Of a stretch of DNA of 64,000 nt, positions 53,839-64,000 are shown one piece after another (the first letter of the stretch is position 1; the number at the start of each line of letters is the position of its first letter). Both the position numbers and the translations under genes were made by a program. This DNA comes from Moniliella sp. 'wahieum' (lineage: Eukaryota): positions 434,001 to 498,000 of the forward strand of contig RSEE01000033.1 in NCBI GenBank assembly GCA_003971905.1, given 5' to 3'. Below the pieces are notes generated by a model. It did no database searches. It was not told the DNA's origin and saw nothing but the letters and a program-made list of their open reading frames with translations.

Positions 53839-56566
53839 GGTGGTGGTGACGGTGGTGTGGTGGTGGTGGTGGTGGTTGGAGGGACAAGATAGATGAGGGG
53901 AGGCGGCGAGGGGGTATAGAGGCTGGATGCGCGTGGGAGCGGGCGAGGGGCTGAAAGCGTGGCCTTGGTACCTCCGAAAATGGCCGCGGCGCACGGGCTC
54001 CCGTGGGTCAGTCGCTGTGACTCGGCACTACCCGGTCATTAATCGTGAATCATGGCATGAATCATGAATGACGCGGGACGCGTGAGGCCGTCCAGTTGTG
54101 TGCCAGCTGCTGCGCTGCTGTCTGAGCGGCCCAGTCAGGCATGCAGCTGCCGCATCACCCATCTTATGCCCGGCACCACCCATCCTGCATCCAATGCACG
54201 CTGCTTGCCACGGCGCACCCTGCCTCGCCGCAGCACCTCGGCCGCCGCGGCGACGTTGGCCGCAGCGCCGGACATCCCAGTGCCTGCGGTGCGCAGGCGC
54301 TGGGCGCATGCACCCCCCGCAGCCCACAGCGCCACGCGCCACGCGTCACCCACCAGCCACACGCACGCAGCTCAGCCAGTGCCTGCCAGTGCCTCGGCGC
54401 TTATCGAGTGCTGCCATGCATCGTGATTAATTTCGGCTGCGAAAGATGCCAGCAGGGTTGGCCTGGGCTGCCAGGGGCTACCAGCAGTGCCAGCAGGTGC
54501 CAGCCCGCTGAACCCCGCGGCATCGGCGTGCGGCACTGGGTTGCACTGGGTGCAGTGGATGCTCGGTGCTCGGCCACCGGCCACCGACCAGCATCTTCCG
54601 CGGACACAGGCGGTTGCTACGGCGTTAAATCCTGTTACAACCTTATTTCGGCCCGACGGTCAGGGCACTGGGTCACTCTGGCCTCTGGAATTCAAGAGCC
54701 GCTGACTGGAAGCGTACCTAGTTGGTTCTCGCTCTGCCGCCTGAAGCTTGGTCAGCGGCTCAGCCTGAGCGCTCAGCCTCAGCCGCTCAGCATGTCAGCT
54801 AGTAACTAGCTAGTAACTGGTAGCACCTCGGGATGGTTAAAGTACGCTATCCGATGGCCGAGAATCAGATCTCAGATCCCGATCGAGCACGCAGGCACTC
54901 AGTTGCTCAGATCGACAAACACAGGCCCGCAATAACCTCCACCGTCGTTTCATTTCTGCGACGTCATGATTGCAATCCCATCGCACCCCGCGGAGACGGG
55001 TGTAGGATGTGCAACATCGATGATGCAATCAGCTGCCACCAGTCCATGGCCCATGCCACGTGTCACTCATGTCACTGGCACTGGTCACTGTGCCTCATGC
55101 TAGTCTGCAGCTCAGAGCAAAGTCACGAGCTTGTGCTCATTCATCATTGGCACTTAGTACTTAGTGACGCTTGAAGCTTGAATGAATCGCCCGCCGGGGC
55201 CAACCAACCTTGCGCAGGAGACGAGGAAACGGAGGGGAGGTCGAGAGAAAACTACATCGCTATATTCACTGGGGCCTTCACACATCACAGGCCCGCAAAC
55301 AAGCGCACCGCCGTGCGTGTTCTTTTGATCTTTCCTCTTCGGCACACAACCACACGCGATTCTACGCCTCTCCATGTGTCGCCTTGTAACTACGACCGAC
55401 GGAGGGTTTCCCCCCTGCTTGCTTCACTCGTCATCACGCGTCACGGGGCTAAGCCATGAAGACGCTACAGGACGCTTAGTACCCTATACTAGAGAGATAT
55501 CGGAACGCGATATGTGTGTGGAAACGCAATGACGAAGAGCAGGTGCTCCACATGCTGCTTGGTATTGAAGGCAGGACAAGGAGAAGCTTTTGTGGCCAAC
55601 GCCTAGGACGGCGCCCCTTCCCTTGGTCACGTCAAGCAGGAAGCAAAAAGTAAACAAAGGCGTGTACACGTGTCGCAATAAGGCACTACGAGGGTCACGG
55701 TACGACGGCGGGCTACACAGCTCGAGAGAATGCCGCAGCCTTCTGGGCTTGACTTCACGAAAGGAACGGGGTGAAATCGATAATGCAATGATGCGGAGCA
55801 TTTGTCCTTGTTTGTGGTCGCTCCCATTTCCAATTTCGTCGTCCCGAGCGTCTCGGGGATCCTTCCCTGTTCTTCGGCTTCGCACCATGTCCTCTGCTGC
55901 CCTTGCTTCCTCCCACCAACTATTCCTACACCCATTGGCTTAGTCCGGACTCTGGTCTCCTTCGCCTTAGCCCGGACTGGGACACATTCACCATATATGC
56001 TTTTTGGTCATGACCATAGCGGGCTCGACACCTCCCGCTAACGATCGAAAAAGCAAAAGCTGGAGATGGCCGGCGACGGAATTTCTCCCGAGGCAAGTAC
56101 CTTTTCCGTTCCCACCACTCACCAAGCACCACTCTGTTTCCCTATATCCAGCATGCAGGCACGAATAACCCCCACAGTAGGTCTGTTTTGGGCACCGGGC
56201 ACCGGTCACGACAATCAGACAAGAATAGGATAAAGAGAAAAAACTAAAACCACTGGGAGACTCCTAAAATGCGCCTCTGGACCGTTCCATCCAACTAATC
56301 TTATTCATCTCCCTTCCTGCTGACCTCCCCTTAACTTATGGAGGTAGATCACTTGTAGCAACTGCAAGATGGATTGTAAATGGACAGCAAAACCCAGCAA
56401 GTAACCAGTGAACGAAAAGAGGAAAAGAAAAGGAATGATAAAACGTGTGGACGGTAGGAGGCGTAACAGGATGTTTTTAGTGGGGTTTTAAAGGTAAGGA
56501 AAGGCAAGCTAGCCAACAAAAAAGTACCCACACCTCCTTCTCGGAGTAGGCGAGGGAAAGGCCGAA

Positions 56567-59500
56567 CTACGCGCGCCGGCCCAGACCGCCCGACACGTTA
56601 CGCCAAAAGGCGCGAGAGAGGGTAATGCCCCAGTGGTCAAAGGTGCGGGTGAACAGTTCGCACGCGACAAAGAGCACCGTGTAGCAAGGAAGAAGTTGAG
56701 CAGGATGGCGGCCCAGTAGGGATGCCGGCAGCAGCATCTTGAGTGTCGCCGCCGCCCCGACCGACCAAAAGACCGAGCCGTGCATGAGGTAGAGCGAGAA
56801 GGCGTTCCGGCCAAACACGTTCCAAAAGCGCAGCTGGAAAAAGGTGCGGACCGGTGTCGAGAGGTCACAGAGCAAAAAACGATATGACAACACGCAGTCC
56901 GTCAGTTTGGGCAAGTACCACAGCTGCTTTGAATTGACCCATTTGTTGGGCCCGCCCGAAACAAAGTTGGGGTGGATGCCCCATTCGTTTTGAACGTTGA
57001 TCACCTTGGCATAGTCCAGCCAGGTCAGGACGGCACCGAGGAAGAAAACGCCCCAGGCCAACGCATGGCCAGCTTGGCCCAACTTGGCCCGGTAACTGCA
57101 TCGCACATCCAAGTCGGCCAACATGAGGCCAAACAGGAAAAAGTAGTCAAACCGGTTCGCCCACCAGGAGAGTACAATGCAGCACGCGTAGAATGGGTAC
57201 CGCTTGGCCGGCGCCTTAATCTCGCGCGCGATCAGTGCGCACACAGCACACACGTCCAGGTGCACTGCACAATTACCGGCACCGTCCACAGAATACCCTA
57301 GCATAGTGCGTAACAAACGGCGTACCGACGGCGACTGCATCCACCATAGGCCAAGCCACTCGTCGATGAACACGCCCACATGTTGGAAGTCTTGGTAGTA
57401 CGACCAGATAGAGAAAGTACGGGAAGCCAGCTTCGACGTCCAGTAAAACGCTTGCTGTGAAACGAGAAGGGAAACAAGCGAAAAGAAGTCAGTATGCCTG
57501 TCATAATTGCGAAATGGACCATGAAAGTGCCATCGGCAACGAGCAGAGAGAATCGCGGATGTGCTTCAACGTACCACTTCAATCAGGAAATAGTTGATCA
57601 TGATGGCCGCCGTGATCGTCACGCCCAAACGAGGAACACGGGTTTGGATAAGTTGAGCCAGGTGCTGGAGGTTGCCACGGAACAGGTACCGGTTGCACAG
57701 CACTCGCCTCGGGCCGACAAACAGAAGATACCGACATTCAGACCACCGTTGCACAGGATGGGGCCGAGAATCTTGTAGATCCAGAACTCAAACCTGTAGT
57801 GCTCCCCCGACCCGGTCGGCTGAGTGGTAAATCCGTACTCGTAAATCAGGCAGAAGTGGTGAATGGACACGAGGAAGCACGCAAAGCCACGAAGACCATC
57901 CAGTACTCGACGCGCGCCGCTCCCGACGACGTGGTGCGGCCCTCACCCTTGGACACAAACATGGCCGCCTTCATCCGTTGCCAGTACGAGGTCGGCTCCA
58001 AATCTTCGATTGCCTTCTGGTCTTGCGCGAGGACCGCCGCGGGGGCCGCAGCCAGCTGACCGTGCGCGTTGGACTGCTCGCCTTGGGCGGGCGTCCAGTC
58101 AGCGATGGGGGTGACCCAAGTGACCGGAGCCGAAGAGCCATCTTCCAACATAACCGTCGGTGCACCCCATGCGGCAGTGCCGGCGCGCTGGCCCAACCCA
58201 TCATCGTTGAACGACAAGACGGAGCCTGCCATGGTGGGTGTGGCCAAGCCGGCTGGAGAACCACGTCCGGATTGGCTCGGCGTTACCCCGCTCGAGTGGA
58301 AACCACGGGTGGAAGGGAGCGAGGGTGCATGGTAGGCGATCGGCGCGCGCGGCGTGCGGGCGTGATGGGGGTCGAGGTACCAGAAAACGCCGGGGTGGCC
58401 AGACCCGAACGGGTCAGGTCCTGGTGGGACACTTGAATCTGAGGCAACACGTAGCCCGAAGCATTCGAGTTACCGGAGTAGATGGAAGCCGACTCGCCAG
58501 CGTAGTGCCACGCCTCGGCTGCCTTCTCATCCTCGTCTTCGTCCGATTCGTCGTCCGTGTCCATACCCCGATGGCCTCGGTCTCGAGGAGCATGTCGGGG
58601 TGCTCCCACTTGGCCATCGCTTGGCCGAAGGCGTGCTTGTCCACCTCGTCCACCGTCTGGTCATCCCAATCGGCCGTCTTGCGCACCGCCGTACTCGGCG
58701 TGGGAGGCACGCAGATTGGTGGTCAGGCGAGGAAATTGCCTCCTGGCGCGCGCCTCCTGTTCAGCATTGTACTTGGCATAAAAGGCGGAGCGCTTTTGGC
58801 GCGTGCTGCGGATCCGACGAAGGGTAGCGTGAAGAGTAAGGAAGAAGAAGATGCCTCCCGAAATGGCAGCACCGTAGATCGAGTACACGGGCACATGCCG
58901 CTTCTTGTGAGGGGTCACTGGCTTGACCGTGGCCGCCATGTCAAACACCGTTGACGCACGGAGCGTGTCATCGTCTGTCGACAGGTCGACGGTCCAGCCC
59001 CGGCCGCAGCACAGGCTTGGTTAATTCACCCGTCCGTTCGGGTAGCGACGAATTGAAGAATAGACGGGCGTAAATAATGTCGGCAGTGACTGAACCGTGA
59101 ATGGGAGGGCCTTGGGACTGGGTTGGCGATCCGTTGGACCAGTGCTTGTACGAAAAGGGGGCACCCTTGGCAGGTGTCTGCACCTTCTTGCCCGACCAAA
59201 CGTGGCTGTTGGAGGACTGGTTGGTGCCCGTGTTGGTAAAGGAGACCGACTTGGGCAGCCAGTCCATGCGGTACTCCAGTCCATTGCCATTGTGTCCGCC
59301 GAGTTTGAGGGAAGACTGGTTCCACAGCACCGGGGTGGGTCGACAGTGTTGGCAGTGTACGAGACCTGGAGGTTGCCCTGACCAGGAACATCGGTACTAA
59401 AGAAGGCCATCCGGATCAGTTCGGACTGGTTCCAGGCCACCTCGACATCCAGGTTGGTGCCCGTTGTACGCGCCGGCGGGGGGGTTGAGCATGGTGCGGA

Positions 59501-59937
59501 AGGAGCCATAGAGAATGTCGCGGCGACGAGTTTGCAGCTGCGATCCCAACTGATCCGGTTCTTGGTGTCGGCAGGGGTCACATCCATGCGCAAGCTAGTC
59601 CCGTTGGGGTCAGGTAGGTGTTGTTGGGCAAGACGGCGGAGCGCCAGGTCGCCGAAAAGTCGTCTTCCCATTCATTGATGCGATACGAGTTGATCCAGGC
59701 TTGCTGACCCGTACCAGCGTAGCCCGCACGGTCGCGTCCGTATCGGTCGGCATACTGCTCTGGTTAAAGACGATGTTGTCGGCGGCACTGGTCTCGTTGA
59801 AGTAGGTGATGAGCGCATCAGTCCACAGCTCGTTGGTGTTGGGTCGAGGTAGCCGCACTCGCACGCAGCACGTGCGCCCCCAACAACAGCCGAGGCACAG
59901 CGGCGACGACAGCCAGAGTCCGAGGAGCGCGGACCAT
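56567..59937 (-). CDS. Fusion: GH16-like domain, TM helix, linker, acyltransferase-3 membrane domain (frameshifted)
   Basis: ACECGY, YRMDWLPKSVSF, HWSNGSP..SQGPP, ARLFFNSS (fungal GH16 fold); TM YSIYGAAISGGIFFFLTL; RVEY(L)DGLRGFAC, GLNVGIF..LSAR, FLFGLMLADL, FGRNAFSLYLMHG (acyltransferase-3). Confidence 0.75.
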
Positions 59938-60814
59938 GAGGCTTCAGAAGCTTGAAGCTTGAAGGTGGGGGTAGGTGGGGTGGGGGATGGGGTGGCGGTT
60001 GTGATGAAGGTGTGCGCGAACAGCGGGTATAATAAGGGTCCACAGTTGATCGTTGAATCGTCCAGGTGGGGCTTGCCTCTATCCCTCTTTTGCTGTGGCT
60101 GGTGAGAAGAGGGGGAGGCAAATGGGCACTGCTACAATGGATGATGGCCAGGCGCAGTGGATGAGTCGATGAGGTCTGTGGTAGTATCATTGTGAACGTA
60201 GGATGGGAGGATCGGTGATGATACTGAATGAATTAATGATCGAATCAATAATGGATGATGGCTTAGATCTTAGACTGAGAGAGGGTGTCGATGATGTCGA
60301 TGATGCCTGGTGGGAGGGGGCTGTTGTGTGCTGGGGGGGGCGACGGTTACGAAGAAGGGCGGAGGCTGATTGAGTTTTGTGGCGCTGGGCCTCGCTGGGC
60401 CCATGGAGGCTGTGTGAATGTGAGCGAGAATGGCAAGTGGGCAGCGGGGGGGTGCGGGGGGATCACCCTGGGTGCGCATGCGAGATGTTGCTGTCGGAAA
60501 GAGCTCGGCTCATTGAAACATAGCACAGCACCACAGCAGCACAGCAGCCAACAGCGTCCCAGACACAGTTTGTCCCGTATGTTGGCTTGCTGGGGGGCGT
60601 TGCTCGATAAGACATGCGCAACACCAGTGTATTGCCGAAGGGCGAGCGCGAATGTTTCAGAGTTTGCGCTCCGAGCAAGTGAAAATTGCGCGGGCTGCGG
60701 GTAACTAGCAACTGGTATCCAGCACCAGGGTAACCTCTAACCGGTAACTGGCACCGGGCGACTCGGGATGCCCTCTGTTCTCTATACCCTCCTCTGGGTT
60801 GGTGCCAGCGCACA

Positions 60815-62630
60815 GGCTCAGCGCCTGAGGGCCGGTGCCACTCAGGCGCTCAGGCGCGCCCATGGCGCCTCGCGCCTCGCGCATCAGCGCCTCAGCCCCC
60901 AACGCCGCAGCCTCCTCGGCGCCTCAACGCCTCAACGTTGAACTACTCAGGCCTGAGAGGCCTGGACGTGTTGAACATTGCTGAACGTTGAACGGTTCAC
61001 GCCGTTCACGATCTCTTCACTGTAACCAAGAAGTAACCATATGATTGACAGAGCTTAAGGCTGGACAGAAAACGCTGCGCCTAAGCCGACCCGTTCATCT
61101 GACGTGTGTTGCTTGTTCTCGTTTGAACATTAACGTTAACGTTAAACGTTAGTAGTAACCGGAACCCCCCTATATTCTTTTGTGCGAATTGGCCTTGAGA
61201 TACTGAGAGTTGGAGCATCGAGATATCAATGACGCTCGTGAGGATAATCGATCATCGATCGATCATCTGATCATCGACCTCGACCTCTTTCCGATCAAGC
61301 TGATCGGCAAGCTACATAAAAGCGAGGGTCTGATTCAAATCGGCGCATGATGCATGATGCATGATGTATCGCGCCCGCATCACACAGTGTGTGTCTTCGG
61401 CGTGGAAACGAAAACCGTTCTCTCAATTTCAGTTTTGGCCGGGTCACAGCCGGGACCAAACTTTTCCCTAAGAGGCGTTGAACGTAGGCCTGACCTCAGG
61501 TGGGCTTCAAGCTTCACGCGTCACGTCTACTTGTCTGCTGTGTTGGCGAGAGGGGGTTGCACAAATGGGCGCTGCTGCAATCGGATGATCGATTGATGAT
61601 CGATGATGCATGATGGTCAGCCGGTCACCCGGTCACCGGTCAGATGCAGTGAGATGCGGACAAAAAAACTGTGACATGTGACATGTGTGTGACCTGTGAT
61701 TTAGTGGCTAATGCTAGTGATGCATGATGCAAGTGATGGTGGATCGTGTATGTAAATGTGGCAAGAAGAATGGGAGTCGATGATGCATGATGACTCGAGG
61801 ACAATGGGGAGGGGGCAACGCGGTGTGCTCTGACGTGCTAGGCGGGGGGGCAGATACGAAGAAGGGGACAGGACGTTTTGGTGTGTGGCGCTGGGTCCAG
61901 CGGAGTTGCGTGACGCGTGAGTACGTGAGTACTGAGACTGAGTGCGAACACTATGTGAACAAGGATGGCCAGTATTCAATGAGATCGATGATCGATGGTC
62001 GTCGATCGAAGAAGATGTTCAGCGGAAGTGGTCCCGGGGAAAGAGGAGAGCAAGGGGGCTGTGATGGATGATTGCGTGATGGTTATCACCGTAGCGTATG
62101 CGAGGTGCTGTTGTCCCGACGTCCGACAGATCTCGGCTCGTTCAAGAGCAGCGGAGGGCAGCACAGCACCCAGTGGCTTTTCCCAGACAAACTTTGTCCC
62201 GCGGGTGTTCGCTGGGACGATAAGGCGTTGGCTTACGGAGGGCGATATCGATAATCGATCGATAATCGATAAAAAAAGCGCTAGCATTTAAAACTCCATC
62301 CTGCAATTACCTAGATCCTCCTCTGGCTGCAAGAGGCTGTAGTATCGTCGTCGAGGTTCGATGTCAATGCAGGCTGCGTTATTAAGAGAAAAACTAATCC
62401 GGGTAAACAAAAGGGGGTGTGCGCCGCCTATATTGATGTGGCCGGAATCCTGATGCCAAAACGAAACGCTCGGCATCGTTAAACGTTAATCGTTAATCGA
62501 GTTAATCGAGCTTCAAGCTTCAAGCTTCAACTATCCAAGCTTCAAGCTTCAAGCTTCAAGCTTCAACCTTCAAACTATCCAAGCTTCAACCTTCAACCTT
62601 CAACCTTCAAACTATCCAAGCTCAGCTCGG
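60815..62630. repeat. Dense field of TNA-palindrome-TNA arrays
   Basis: TCA-ACGT-TGA at 60932, TCA-GGCC-TGA at 60947, (TGATGCA)n at 61348, TCA-CCGG-TCA near 61633, (TGACATG)n near 61673, TGA-GTAC-TGA near 61926, (AAGCTTC)n at ~62507-62590. Confidence 0.85.
61044..61115 (-). mobile_element. Diverged ~70-bp solo 3' UTR fragment of the CRE-like retrotransposon
   Basis: ATTGACAGAGCTTAAGGCTGGACAG..AACGCTGCGCCTAAGCCGACCCGTTCATCT aligns with the reverse complement of ~4755-4826. Confidence 0.85.
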
Positions 62631-64000
62631 TGTCAGCGCCGCATCATGCATATAGCTGTTCACAACGTTTTTTCACGCCCGGATCGCACCTCTTGGCGTT
62701 GTTCCGTCCGACACTCTCTTCCCTTATGTTCTTTCCCTAACGGGCTCCTCTTGGTAGGATCGATGCATCATTCTCTCCATCTCTTTCTCTGCGTAGAGAC
62801 CTTCGTCCTCTTTTTACAGCTTGAGTTCACGTTTTCTGAGTAGGCACAGAGTCTCGTCTGCTGCCTGAGCCCCATAAAATTCTTACACTTAAACGGCTGA
62901 ATGCCTGGTCTCCACTCCGAAACAGAAACTGCCCGTCCACCTCCTTCCAAGAAGAAGCTGAATGCGCGCACCGAAAAAGCATGCATGCGGGCCCCATTCC
63001 TTTTTAACCTGCCGAGGCTACCTGACGAGAGGAGTCCACAGTCCCAAGGAGGCAAAAGGATTCGTTATGGCAGCACCACAGAAGACTCCCGGCTTTTTCT
63101 TGATCTCTGACATTTCACTTAGTAGTTTCCATGATACCCTCGATCCCGCTGATGCCAACACCCTTACTTATTCTGAGGTCCACGATATCAAGGCTATCCC
63201 TGTTGTCCCGGTGTTGCCATGTTACCCACCGGCTGCCTTGCCTGATTAGTATATGTGAAAGCTAGACCCTAGAGTTGCCGCGCTCAGCCAGCAGGGCACG
63301 TGCTCATCCCCTGGTCCCACTGTTTGTACTGTCCTTTCGCCACCACCTCTCCTTCGCCCTTCCCTTTCTTCTCGCTCATCTCGTTACTTGATTATTACAC
63401 CTGATCGTCTGTAGTTAGAGACTAGGTGTCTCCAGGTCAGAGTCTTCACTTGCCCCTACTACACCTGGTCTCATCTCGGTCTCAGGGTCAACAAGGACCC
63501 CCAGTGAGATCAATAAATAAGGTTTTGATAAGTGTCGGTGTTCTGTTTTTGACGATCACAAGGAAGATATCAATGAAATCAGTATTCACGCTAAGCAATG
63601 GCCGCTGGACCTGCTTCTGCGACACCAATGGTGGCAGGATCCGGGCACAGGTGGCCTCACCCGTATGTTCTTGTACGGGGCGCAGGCCCCTTCCGCCCCC
63701 TGTTCTTTCTCCTTCTTTGCACCCACAGGGAGCGGCTATCAATGAGATGGCTCCTGCAGCGGGGTGAAGCCAGGTGACGAGATTTAACGATAACACATCT
63801 CATGTCCTGGCCCGCTTGCCGTCCGTGCGATGATGCTGTGCCTATAAGGGCGAAATTTGATGATGTCATTACTGCCAAGAACACATAAGGGAAACCTTCA
63901 TTCATTATTACAGCCGCCAGTTGCAACGGCTTTTCATCACCAAATGCACACTCAACGTACACAGCCAAGACGTGATGGCAAAAGTCTTCTTGGCAACGTA

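Overview
High-GC, intron-poor fungal DNA, probably basidiomycete and Ustilaginomycotina-like (inference). Almost every gene has scattered 1-bp frameshifts, so the assembly is probably indel-prone and gene ends are approximate. Genes: PEX5 (3' part), cytochrome c, beta-carbonic anhydrase, a DUF6534-type membrane protein, a WHIM/WSD chromatin protein, MED16, a RecQ (Sgs1/BLM) helicase, PIG-X, a PDK-family kinase, mitochondrial uS11, a WTAP/Mum2-like protein, an Msb2-type mucin, a large low-complexity protein, a HAL-family kinase and a GH16-like/acyltransferase-3 fusion. Three things stand out. (1) Non-coding DNA is full of 7-bp-period arrays with the grammar TNA-[4-bp palindrome]-TNA, using 13 of the 16 possible palindromic cores. 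(2) Five pieces of a CRE-like RT plus restriction-like endonuclease (RLE) retrotransposon family are dispersed between genes; four share a conserved 3' terminus with no poly(A) tail. (3) An apparently non-catalytic GH16 domain is fused through a membrane helix to an O-acyltransferase.
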